A DNA stretch of 64,000 nucleotides. It comes from Treponemataceae bacterium. Its GTDB lineage: Bacteria; Spirochaetota; Spirochaetia; Treponematales; Rectinemataceae. The notes below the pieces were generated by a model that saw nothing but the letters and a program-made list of their open reading frames with translations, searched no databases and was not told the DNA's origin. Position numbers and translations under genes: made by a program. Positions within the stretch are counted from its first letter, which is position 1. Every line of letters begins with the position of its first letter. The stretch covers positions 96,001 to 160,000 of the forward strand of contig CAXXGJ010000038.1 in the NCBI GenBank assembly GCA_963677895.2, in the 5' to 3' direction. Positions 1 through 8,464 of this stretch are shown one piece after another.

Positions 1-1
1 C

Positions 2-427
2 CTCGCCGCGGCGGCGACCGCCGCTGCGGCGGAGTCTCTCGCGGGGCGACGAGTGAATGTCTTTCTTCCAGAGAACCCCTGCGATTTCCGGGTTGACGTT
101 GTTTTAGTAGTTCGGCTCATAAAGAACCTTCTGGAGAACGCCTGCCGTTATTCCCGCAAAAACGGTTTTGTGGAACTGCGTCTCATATCCCGAGACAATG
201 GTCTCGTGATTACCGTCGCGGATGAAGGACCCGGTTTTGGAGACGAGCGGATGAGGGCGCCTTTCGTGAAGTTTAAGCGCGCCGAAGGCGACGCTCCAGG
301 GGGGCTCGGTCTCGGACTCGCGATGTGCAGGGGAATAGTTGAGGCACATGGAGGCAGCATAGCGGCTCGCCGGTCCGCAGGCGGATTCGAGGTTGAAGCG
401 ATTTTCCCGAACTGCCAAGGAGGGTAA
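2..427 (+). CDS. kdpD: Sensor histidine kinase, KdpD-like C-terminal HATPase domain (5' partial)
   Basis: Frame open from the window start; N box NLLENACRY, DEGPG, GLGLGL, AHGG; directly upstream of a KdpE-like regulator. Confidence 0.75.
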   Translation, partial: LAAAATAAAAESLAGRRVNVFLPENPCDFRVDVVLVVRLIKNLLENACRYSRKNGFVELRLISRDNGLVITVADEGPGFGDERMRAPFVKFKRAEGDAPGGLGLGLAMCRGIVEAHGGSIAARRSAGGFEVEAIFPNCQGG

Positions 428-432
428 GAATT

Positions 433-1113
433 GTGCGAGTCCTCGTCATAGACGATGAAGTCAGGATACGCCGACTTCTCTCCATCGCCCTTGGGAGCAA
501 GGGCTGGGAAGTCTTCGAGGCGCCAAACGGCTTCGAAGGCATCCAAGCTATCATGGCGTCCAAACCAGATGTCGTCCTTCTCGATCTAAATCTTCCGGAC
601 ATGGGCGGCGCAGAGTTGCTTCGCAGCGTCAGAGGCTGGAGCAGCGTTCCAGTCGTGATTGTCTCGGTGCGCGATTCCCAGGACGATATAATAGCCCTTT
701 TGGACGCTGGCGCCGACGACTACATTGTAAAACCTTTCTATACGGACGAAGTATTCGCGCGTCTGTCAGCGGTGTGCAGAAGGAAATGGCAGGATGGCGG
801 TTCCATCTATCGCAGAGGAGCCCTGGAAATGGACCTCGGGAAGCGGCACATCGCTAGAAACGGCGAGGAAATCCATCTTACGAACACCGAATACGCTGTC
901 CTGGAGATACTTCTACGCCATGCGGGGAAGATCGTCACGAGGGATAGACTCCTGAGGGAAGTATGGGGTCCCGCGGGCGAAGCGGAGGAGGGTAGCCTGC
1001 GCGTCCATATTCGGGCTCTCAGAAGAAAACTCGAAGAAGACGATGAGCATCCTTCGCTCATCGTAACAGAGCCCGGTGTCGGTTACAGGGTAGCGATTTC
1101 AGAATCACCCTGA
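433..1113 (+). CDS. kdpE: OmpR-family response regulator, KdpE-like
   Basis: VLVIDDE, LLDLNLPD, DYIVKPF, winged helix LLREVWG...LRVHI..LRRKLE...TEPGVGY. Confidence 0.85.
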   Translation: MRVLVIDDEVRIRRLLSIALGSKGWEVFEAPNGFEGIQAIMASKPDVVLLDLNLPDMGGAELLRSVRGWSSVPVVIVSVRDSQDDIIALLDAGADDYIVKPFYTDEVFARLSAVCRRKWQDGGSIYRRGALEMDLGKRHIARNGEEIHLTNTEYAVLEILLRHAGKIVTRDRLLREVWGPAGEAEEGSLRVHIRALRRKLEEDDEHPSLIVTEPGVGYRVAISESP

Positions 1114-1143
1114 CATGGGAGTAATTCGGAAAAATGGTGAGTT

Positions 1144-1174
1144 AAAAAAAGGGCTGCCGGTTTTCGGCAGCCCT
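1144..1174 (-). terminator. Intrinsic terminator between convergent kdpE and the EF-G paralogue
   Basis: A7-GGGCTGCCG-GTTTT-CGGCAGCCC; U-tract on the minus strand. Confidence 0.8.
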
Positions 1175-1199
1175 CGTCATTACATGATGAAATACCGAA

Positions 1200-3296
1200 T
1201 CACTCTTCCTCGGCCTCGGCCGTCTTGAAGGCCTGGGCGGCTTTGATGACATCCTCGGCGATCTTGCCGGAGATGGGAGCGTAATGGGAAAAATCGACTT
1301 CGAACGAAGCGGTTCCCGAGGTCATGGAGCGGAGATCGATGGCGTAGCGGAGAAGCTCGGCTTGGGGAACCTGCGCGTCGACTTCGACAATGCCGCCGCC
1401 GATGGGGTTGCTGCCGGAAATCCTGCCCCTGCGGCCCGAGAGATCCGACATGACGTCGCCGAGATTTTTTTCTTCCGCGAAGACCTTGAGGTCCATGATA
1501 GGCTCCAGGAGGGTGGGGTTGGCGGTCTTGGACGCTTCGCGGAAAGCGCCTCTGGACGCCAGCTTGAAGGCCATTTCTGAGGAATCCACGGGATGTTCCT
1601 TGCCGTCCGTGATGGCGGTTTTCACGTCCACGACGGGGTAGCCCGCGACCACGCCGTTTTCCATCGCCTGATGGATGCCTTTCTCGATGCCGGGAATAAA
1701 GCCGCGGGATACGGACTGACCGAACAGCTTATTCTCGAACTGATAGCCTGCGCCCCGCTCCAAAGGTTCGACCTCGAAGACTACGCGAGCGTACTGGCCA
1801 TGGCCGCCAGTCTGCTTTTTATGCGTATACTCAGCGCCGGATTTCTTGGTTATGGTTTCCCGGTAGGCAACGCGAGGAATCCTCGTCTCGGCCATGATCT
1901 TGGCTTGATTCCTGATCTTGTCGAGGATCATGGTGATCTGAAGATCGCCCATGCCCGCGATGACGGTTTCCTTGGTCTCGACATTGTAGTTTACCTGGAA
2001 GGTCAAATCTTCCTCGGCCGCTTTCAGGAGGAGCTCGTTCAGCTTATCCTCTTCCTTCTTATTGGCGGCGGAGATGGCGACGAGATGGACGGGGGTAGGG
2101 AGCTTCAGGGGTTTGAAGGAGTAGGGCCGATCCATCGCGGAAATGGTATCGTTCGTCTTGAGGCTCGCGGCTTTCGCGATGATGCCGATGTCGCCGGCGA
2201 CGAGCGCCTGGGTTTCCTCGATTTTTTTGCCCTGCGCCGTATAGAGCTTGGAAAGGCGATCCTTTCTGCCGTCGCGCACGTTGACGAATTCGAGTTCCGG
2301 CACGAGGGAGCCGGTGAAAACCTTCACGATGGAAAGGCGGCCCGAAAACTGGTCGATCTGCGTCTTGATGACCATGGCGGTCGCCGGCTTGGCGGCATCA
2401 ACGGATACCTCCATCATGTTGCCGTCGAAATCCTTTACTTCCTCGGCTCCATGAGAGAGGGGAGTGGGCGCCATGAGGGCCAGGAAATCGATAAGAGCGG
2501 CCGTGCCGATGTTCTTGAGTCCGGAACCGGCGAAGGCGGGGACAATTTTCGCGAGAGAGAGGGCGGCGCGGAGGCCGAGAATCATGTCTTCCTGGCTCAG
2601 TTCTCCCTGGTCAAGGTATTTTTCCATGAGGGCGTCTTCGCCTTCGGCCGCGGCTTCGAAAAGCTGGAGCCTGGCGGTTTCCAGCGCTTCCTTATATTCG
2701 GCCGGAACATCGGTGACGATCTCTTTCTGGTCGCCCGCGGCCGGCTTCATATACGCTTTCGCGTTGATGACATCGATAACGCCTTTGATTTCCAATCCTT
2801 CGCCCATGGGGATCGTGACGGGAACCGGCGCGATCTTGAACTTGGCTTTTATATCCTCAAGGCATGCGCCGAAGGACGCGCGATCCTCATCCATCCTGGT
2901 TATGAATACCATGCGCGGCTTGGAACGGCTGTCCAGATTTCTCCAGAGCTTGATGGTCTCGATCTGGACGCCCGATCTGGCGTCGATCAGGAGGAGGGCA
3001 CTCTCGCAAGCCCTGAATGCGAGAATGACCTCGCCTACGAAATCCGAGGATCCGGGCGTGTCGATGAAGTTGATCTTGGTGTCTCTGACGACGCAATGCG
3101 TCAGCGTTGAGCGAACTGATATCTTGCGCGCGATTTCGTCCTCACCGAAATCGCTGACAGTCTTGCCGGATTCGATGGTTTCTGGCTTGGATATCACTCC
3201 GCCCTGAAAGAGAATGTGTTCGAGCAGCGTTGTCTTGCCGGTACTCCCGTGGCCGGCTATGGCGATGTTTCTGATCTGATCGGTTGCGAACGACAT
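1200..3296 (-). CDS. fusA: Elongation factor G paralogue (EF-G2/FusA-like)
   Basis: 698 aa; GHGSTGKT, DTPG, GMGDLQ, VAYRETI, KKQTGGHGQY, HPVDSSEMAF, LLEPIM, LRSMTSG; AAGGAG RBS. Confidence 0.92.
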   Translation of the reverse strand: MSFATDQIRNIAIAGHGSTGKTTLLEHILFQGGVISKPETIESGKTVSDFGEDEIARKISVRSTLTHCVVRDTKINFIDTPGSSDFVGEVILAFRACESALLLIDARSGVQIETIKLWRNLDSRSKPRMVFITRMDEDRASFGACLEDIKAKFKIAPVPVTIPMGEGLEIKGVIDVINAKAYMKPAAGDQKEIVTDVPAEYKEALETARLQLFEAAAEGEDALMEKYLDQGELSQEDMILGLRAALSLAKIVPAFAGSGLKNIGTAALIDFLALMAPTPLSHGAEEVKDFDGNMMEVSVDAAKPATAMVIKTQIDQFSGRLSIVKVFTGSLVPELEFVNVRDGRKDRLSKLYTAQGKKIEETQALVAGDIGIIAKAASLKTNDTISAMDRPYSFKPLKLPTPVHLVAISAANKKEEDKLNELLLKAAEEDLTFQVNYNVETKETVIAGMGDLQITMILDKIRNQAKIMAETRIPRVAYRETITKKSGAEYTHKKQTGGHGQYARVVFEVEPLERGAGYQFENKLFGQSVSRGFIPGIEKGIHQAMENGVVAGYPVVDVKTAITDGKEHPVDSSEMAFKLASRGAFREASKTANPTLLEPIMDLKVFAEEKNLGDVMSDLSGRRGRISGSNPIGGGIVEVDAQVPQAELLRYAIDLRSMTSGTASFEVDFSHYAPISGKIAEDVIKAAQAFKTAEAEEE

Positions 3297-3357
3297 AGTG
3301 ACTCCTTGCAGGGTGGCAGATATGGTAATCCCTATTTATTTATAAGGAAACTCAAAT

Positions 3358-3385
3358 ATTATAAGTCATATTTCCCGGCTGTCAA
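3358..3385 (-). promoter_or_regulatory. Sigma70 promoter of the EF-G paralogue
   Basis: Minus strand TTGACA-N16-TATAAT. Confidence 0.7.
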
Positions 3386-3455
3386 CAGTCGTGTTTTATA
3401 AAAACTATATTGACAATGGCCGCTGATTCGGTCTAGCGTACCCCATAGCAAAAAA

Positions 3456-3528
3456 CGGGACGTAGCCTAGGGGCTAAGGCGTCTGCTTTGGGAGCAGAAG
3501 ATCGGAGGTTCAAATCCTCTCGTCCCGA
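3456..3528 (+). tRNA. tRNA-Pro(TGG)
   Basis: Acceptor CGGGACG/CGTCCCG, anticodon arm TCTGC-TT TGG GA-GCAGA, T loop TTCAAAT; CCA not encoded. Confidence 0.95.
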
Positions 3529-3550
3529 CTACGTACCTTTAAAGTCGATT

Positions 3551-3624
3551 GGGATCATAGCTCAACTGGATAGAGCAACTGCCTTCTAAGCAGTAGGTCG
3601 GGGGTTCGAGCCCCTCTGGTCCCA
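3551..3624 (+). tRNA. tRNA-Arg(TCT)
   Basis: Acceptor GGGATCA/TGGTCCC, anticodon arm ACTGC-CT TCT AA-GCAGT, GTTCGA. Confidence 0.95.
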
Positions 3625-3748
3625 TCTTTCCCTCCTCCTTTTTGATACACATCCATCCGCCGATGAGCTTCTCCCGCATTACCAAACCCGGGGTTCAATC
3701 TATACAGTGTAATCAATATGTTTCGCTAAAATTTTATTGTAAAGTTGA

Positions 3749-3777
3749 TTGACAATTCAATATCCCGAATATAGTCT
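3749..3777 (+). promoter_or_regulatory. Sigma70 promoter of the flavoprotein-cytochrome operon
   Basis: TTGACA-N17-TAGTCT in an AT-rich stretch. Confidence 0.55.
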
Positions 3778-3892
3778 ATCCATGCTTTTTATATCGATCC
3801 GCCTTGGCGTGAGAATTGATCGTCAAATCTTGATTCATGGCATCGCGTCGATGTAATCAACGCAGATTCTAATTTTCCGAAAAAGAGGGAGT

Positions 3893-5758
3893 ATGCAGGA
3901 AAACGAAAAAAAAGGAATCAGCCGCAGGGAGTTCGTAAAGCTTGTCGGAACCGGAGCGGCGGTTGTGGCCGGAGCCACGATAGTTCAGCCCTTGGCCGCG
4001 GATACCGGCAAAGTCGCTGATGCGAAAACCGTTAAGCCGACGCCCGCCGATCTGCCCAGGAAATGGGATCTGGAGGCCGATGTCGTGGTGCTAGGTGCCG
4101 GTGCCGTCGGACTTCCGGCCGCGATCAGGGCCGCCAAAGCCGGCGCTTCCGTCATCATCGTCGAAGCGAACTATGATATCGGCGGTCACGCTATCATCTC
4201 TGGCGGTAACGTTCCCCTTGGCGGCGGAACCAGCTTCCAGAAGAAATATGGCATAAATGACGATGCCGAAACGCTGTTCCGCGATCTTACGGACTGGTCG
4301 GTGGTGGAGGTGAGCGGCATGCCCGATTACCGCTACAACGACAGGGCCGTGCAGCGGGCCTTGGCCGACAATGAAGCCCAGACCTTCGAGTTCCTCCTCG
4401 CCCAGGGCGTCCCCTTTGTGGACAAAAGCCCCGACAATTCCGGCGGACATGCCGTGGGTGTATCCGCGAAACGCGAGCACCATTGCGTATGGACCAAGGG
4501 ACAGAACGCCGAGAGTCCAGCCGGAGCCGGCGGCACGACCCTCATGCGCGCCCTCGAAGACAGCGCCAGGAAAGCGGGCGTGAAGTTCCTGCTCAACTAC
4601 CACATGAACACCATCTACCGCGAACATCCGGATTCCGGCAGGGTATTGGGCATCCAGGCCAACTATACCCCGACCCTTCTTCCGGGATCCCTGTCCCCGC
4701 TTCCGAGTTTCAGGTCCGACGGCAATCTGGGCCTGGACCTCGCCGAAGTGACGATCAAAGCCAAGAAAGCCGTCATCATCGGTACCGGCGGAAGCACGGG
4801 CCATGTCAATTTCCGCAGGATGTTCGATTCGAGGCTGACCGAGGAAATGCCGTTGGCCGGAGGCGAATATTCGCCCCAGGACGCATCGGGCGAGCTCGCC
4901 GCCATGGCTATCGGCGCGACCCTCTGGGGAACCGCGAACCAGACCTTAGACAGGAACGGCGCTCTCAGAAAACGCCCGATCATCGGCACCAGGACCAATT
5001 ATGTCGGATGGAAGAAAGAATCCCCTCTCTTCCCGAAAGTGAAAGCCACGGGACTGAACGTCCGCAGCTGGCAGGACGCCATCATCGTCAATCAGGTAGG
5101 CAAGCGCTTCTACAATGAGATGGAAGACGGCTATCCGAACGGAACGACAGAGGGATACCTGAAGCCGTACGTCCAGGGCGATTGGCGCAACGCGCAGAAC
5201 GCCAAATTTGCCCCGATGAACTATCCTGACGCCGCTCTCGCCATCAACGAGGGCTCCACGGCTCCGGATTACTCCGCTGGTCCCCAGTGGGCCATCTTCG
5301 ACGCGGCGGCGGTGAAGCGCGAAAAGTGGGTCATAGACGGAACCAGCGTTCATCCCGACTATTTCTTCAGCGCGCCCACCCTTGCCGAACTCGCTGCCAA
5401 GATCGAAGCCTGCCCCTATCAGAAAGTGAAGATGCCCGCGGGTAACCTCGAGGCGACGGTCGCCGAATACAATAAGGCGGTGGACCTCGGCGTGGACGAG
5501 GCTTTCGACAAGCCGAAGCCCCAGTACAAGATAGTAGAGGGACCTTTCTACGCGGCCTGGGCCACGATCACCGTACACGATACCTATGCCGGCCTGAGAA
5601 TCAACCAGGAATGCCAGGTCATGAACATGGACGGCGAGGTGATTCCCGGCCTGTACTGCGGCGGCGAATCCGCGGCCGGATGCAGCCAGCACGGCCTGGC
5701 CCGCTGCCTTACCCAAGGGTATATCGCGGGAGCCGTTGCCGCAAAAGAGTCTGTATAA
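3893..5758 (+). CDS. Tat-exported FAD-binding oxidoreductase (flavocytochrome c/fumarate reductase/KstD superfamily flavin subunit), substrate unknown
   Basis: Twin-arginine SRREFVK plus hydrophobic stretch and LAA cleavage site; DVVVLGAGAVG FAD fold; GGHAIISGG; GKRFYNE; GPFYAA; GLYCGGE; GAGGGAG RBS. Confidence 0.88.
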   Translation: MQENEKKGISRREFVKLVGTGAAVVAGATIVQPLAADTGKVADAKTVKPTPADLPRKWDLEADVVVLGAGAVGLPAAIRAAKAGASVIIVEANYDIGGHAIISGGNVPLGGGTSFQKKYGINDDAETLFRDLTDWSVVEVSGMPDYRYNDRAVQRALADNEAQTFEFLLAQGVPFVDKSPDNSGGHAVGVSAKREHHCVWTKGQNAESPAGAGGTTLMRALEDSARKAGVKFLLNYHMNTIYREHPDSGRVLGIQANYTPTLLPGSLSPLPSFRSDGNLGLDLAEVTIKAKKAVIIGTGGSTGHVNFRRMFDSRLTEEMPLAGGEYSPQDASGELAAMAIGATLWGTANQTLDRNGALRKRPIIGTRTNYVGWKKESPLFPKVKATGLNVRSWQDAIIVNQVGKRFYNEMEDGYPNGTTEGYLKPYVQGDWRNAQNAKFAPMNYPDAALAINEGSTAPDYSAGPQWAIFDAAAVKREKWVIDGTSVHPDYFFSAPTLAELAAKIEACPYQKVKMPAGNLEATVAEYNKAVDLGVDEAFDKPKPQYKIVEGPFYAAWATITVHDTYAGLRINQECQVMNMDGEVIPGLYCGGESAAGCSQHGLARCLTQGYIAGAVAAKESV

Positions 5759-5890
5759 ATAAGTAGCTTGTTTTCCATGGCCGACGGCGGGGGAAGGAAA
5801 CGGACAGTCTTCTTTTCCTCGCCGTTGACGCATGAATGCGGCGGACTTTCCGAGTCCGCCGAAGCATTTCTTCATTTTCGGGAGTCATAG

Positions 5891-6418
5891 ATGTTTTTCA
5901 ATGAAAAAACAATGCGGAACTGCGCGATTGCCGTGGCCGTTTCGCTCTCGGCCGTAATGTTCGGCTATGCTTCATCGGACATACGATCGGATACGGGATT
6001 CGTTTACGATTCCGGCATCCAGTCGATTCAGGTCCAGACCACGCCGACCACGGTACAGCCGGCCGACGCCACGAGCGGGGCCAGCGAGGCGGCGGAAGAG
6101 CCCGCTTCGGATGCCGTTTCGAGCGCCACCGATGAAAACGCCGTCAAGGATTCAGCTTATTGCCTGAAATGCCACGGTCCGTTCGAGAAACTCGCGGAGA
6201 GAACGGCGGATTATGTGACGGAGTGGGATGAAAAAGCGAATCCCCATGTATATGTGCCGCATGAATCGAAGACTATCGTGGATTGCGTGGAGTGCCATAC
6301 TCCGCATGATGTACCGTTCAAGGCCGATGAGGGCGCAGCCAAGCCGAATGTCAATTACTGCTATTCCTGCCATCACGCCGAGACGCTCGTCAACTGTAAT
6401 ACCTGCCATAACGAATAG
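5891..6418 (+). CDS. Secreted tetraheme cytochrome c (c3-like) with flavinylation-type motifs in its linker
   Basis: Signal peptide; CLKCH, CVECH, CYSCH, CNTCH and four extra His (119, 124, 139, 162); linker DATSGAS and DAVSSAT. Confidence 0.88.
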   Translation: MFFNEKTMRNCAIAVAVSLSAVMFGYASSDIRSDTGFVYDSGIQSIQVQTTPTTVQPADATSGASEAAEEPASDAVSSATDENAVKDSAYCLKCHGPFEKLAERTADYVTEWDEKANPHVYVPHESKTIVDCVECHTPHDVPFKADEGAAKPNVNYCYSCHHAETLVNCNTCHNE

Positions 6419-6429
6419 GCGATAAAATT

Positions 6430-6475
6430 GAATAGCGGGGAAGCGGCTCGATGCCTTCCGCTTTTTCCGCTATTC
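6430..6475. terminator. Hairpin between the convergent cytochrome gene and tatB
   Basis: GAATAGCGGGGAAGCGG pairs with CCGCTTTTTCCGCTATTC. Confidence 0.55.
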
Positions 6476-6802
6476 TCTTTGGCTTTCTTCCGCTAGTTTA
6501 TCCAGTTCTTCCTGCGTAGGCTCAGCCTTGGAAGGGTTTTCCGGTGACGGAGAGACTTGAGGGGCCGCCTCGGTTTTCTTGTCTTCAGCCTTCTGGTTGT
6601 CGGAATCCTGTACAGCCGCGGTTATATCCATCTGCCTCATGAAATCGTCTTTGACGGCGGTGATTTCCTTGAATATCTTTTTAGCCTGCGCGTAATAATG
6701 ACCAAGTTTCCTGAAAAAAGCCGGCAGATCATCGGGACGTATGACGATCATGATCAGGAGAACGATAATGGCTAATTCCGAAAAACCTATGCCGAACATC
6801 AT
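6470..6802 (-). CDS. tatB: Twin-arginine translocase TatB
   Basis: MFGIGFSEL, N-terminal TM, PDDLP, amphipathic helix, charged tail; ATGA overlap with the tatC stop. Confidence 0.85.
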   Translation of the reverse strand: MMFGIGFSELAIIVLLIMIVIRPDDLPAFFRKLGHYYAQAKKIFKEITAVKDDFMRQMDITAAVQDSDNQKAEDKKTEAAPQVSPSPENPSKAEPTQEELDKLAEESQRE

Positions 6803-7548
6803 TTTTCTCCGAATTTGAAAATCTTCGCGATCAGAAGAGCGAGAAAATAGAGGACGGTCAGGGGAATAGCGACCCCCAGCTGGCTTATGAAATCGGGGGG
6901 CGTGATGATCGCGGACGCGATGAATATCGCCACTATTATGAAACGGCTCGCCTTTAGTACCGATTTGCGTTTCAAAATATTCAGCATGAGAAGAACTTCC
7001 ATGAGGAGCGGCGTCTGGAGAGCGAGCACGGACCAGAGAATGAAGGAGAACACATAGAAGATATTCGCCTGATAATTGAGAAGATAACCGACGTTTTTTG
7101 GAATGAAGTAGGGATTCGTCAGGAAGCTGATGGCGAGAGGGACGATCCTGAAGTAGGCGAGATAAGCCCCGAACACGATCAGGACGAGACTGGAGAATAA
7201 AGTCCAGAGGATCACCCGCTGATGGCGTTTTTCCACTCCCGGAAAGACGAAACGCAGAAGGTTGAAAATATGGACGGGAGACGAAAGGATAAGGCCGGCA
7301 TAGACGGCGATCTTCATCTGTGAGGAGAAACCTTCGATGATAGTCGTCACCACGAGCTTGCTTTCCACGGCGCTGGATACGGCGTTGAACTGCCTGGTGA
7401 ATATGCCGATTATTTTATCCGAAAAAACAAACGACGCGATGGCGCATGCGAGAAAAGAACCCATGGATATGAATATGAGCTTGCGCAGTTCCCTTACATG
7501 CTCGATGAAGGGCATAACCTTGCCGGGATTTTTCACGTCTGCTGTCAT
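6799..7548 (-). CDS. tatC: Twin-arginine translocase TatC (alternative start 7599)
   Basis: MPFIEHVRELR, FVFPG, IITPPDFISQ; multiple TM segments. Confidence 0.92.
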   Translation of the reverse strand: MTADVKNPGKVMPFIEHVRELRKLIFISMGSFLACAIASFVFSDKIIGIFTRQFNAVSSAVESKLVVTTIIEGFSSQMKIAVYAGLILSSPVHIFNLLRFVFPGVEKRHQRVILWTLFSSLVLIVFGAYLAYFRIVPLAISFLTNPYFIPKNVGYLLNYQANIFYVFSFILWSVLALQTPLLMEVLLMLNILKRKSVLKASRFIIVAIFIASAIITPPDFISQLGVAIPLTVLYFLALLIAKIFKFGEK

Positions 7549-7570
7549 AGTCTTCTCGAGGTCAGAGGTT

Positions 7571-7762
7571 TCAGACTTTTGAATCTTTCTTGCCTTCATC
7601 TTTTCCGGAACCTGTCTCCTGCGCGCTTTCCCCGTCTTTCATCGCCTTGGAGAATTCCTTCTTGGCTTCGCCGAGCGAGCGGGCGAACTTGGGAATGGCG
7701 CTGGCCCCGAAAAGCACCAATATGACCGCCACGATTACGATTATTTCCGTCGTTCCTATCAT
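7571..7762 (-). CDS. tatA: Twin-arginine translocase TatA
   Basis: MIGTTEIIVI...LVLFGASAIPKFARSLGEAKKEF; AAGGAG RBS before ATG 7762. Confidence 0.92.
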   Translation of the reverse strand: MIGTTEIIVIVAVILVLFGASAIPKFARSLGEAKKEFSKAMKDGESAQETGSGKDEGKKDSKV

Positions 7763-7901
7763 GATAAAACTCCTTACAATGAAACAGAAAATGCATCGAT
7801 CCGGTGTCGTCCCGCGAAATCGACATGAACCGCGGACCTCGCCGAAGACAGTACATTTCATACTTATCGGTAGGCTATGTCAACACGTATTCGACGTCTT
7901 T

Positions 7902-8372
7902 TTATCCGTTGGCGATGCTCATCTGCACGAGCGCGTCGCAGCGTTCGTTGTCGGGTACGCCGGCGTGGCCTTCCACCCAATGGAATTCCGCCCGGCTCGC
8001 GGCGACGAGAGCGTCCAGCTGTTCCCATAATTCCCTGTTTTTCACGGGCTTCTTGTCGGCGGTTTTCCAGCCGTTGCGCTTCCAGCCCGACATCCACTTC
8101 AAAACGCCGTTGCGGACATACTGGGAATCGGTAAAGACATGCACGGGAGCTTCGGCCCAGGAAGTTCCCTGGCGTTGGCCTTCCGTCTTGCGCGCCACGA
8201 TGAAGCGAAGCGCTTCGATGACGGCGCGCAACTCCATTCGGTTGTTGGTCGTGTCAGGTTCGCCGCCGCTATCCTCGCGGAGCCTGTCGCCGTAGCGCAT
8301 GACATAGGCCCAGGCCCCAGGTCCGGGATTTCCATGGCATCCGCCGTCGGTGTGAATGATGATTTCCTGCAT
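7902..8372 (-). CDS. rnhA: Ribonuclease HI
   Basis: TDGGCHGNPGPG, TTNNRMEL, TDSQYV, VKNRELW, WVEGHAG..DNERCD. Confidence 0.96.
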   Translation of the reverse strand: MQEIIIHTDGGCHGNPGPGAWAYVMRYGDRLREDSGGEPDTTNNRMELRAVIEALRFIVARKTEGQRQGTSWAEAPVHVFTDSQYVRNGVLKWMSGWKRNGWKTADKKPVKNRELWEQLDALVAASRAEFHWVEGHAGVPDNERCDALVQMSIANG

Positions 8373-8464
8373 CGGCGACACTATGGCAGAAAAATCCTCA
8401 TCGGGCAATCCGGGCAGGTGAAAAGTATTGTCTTTCAGAGTCGGGAACAGTAAACTCTTTGGAT

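Noticed and set aside
1593..3110. Long antisense or off-frame ORFs (e.g. 1593-3110, 10735-12141, 23141-24298, 26965-28194, 31658-33037, 38529-39998)
   Set aside because: Shadows of well-supported genes caused by high GC3 codon bias; no motifs or RBS
3816..3836. FNR box upstream of the flavoprotein
   Set aside because: TTGAT half-sites are present but there is no TTGAT-N4-ATCAA
3551..7900. Integrative element with att sites at tRNA-Arg(TCT)
   Set aside because: No integrase, and no duplicate of the tRNA 3' end found near rnhA; mobility is unsupported even if acquisition is plausible
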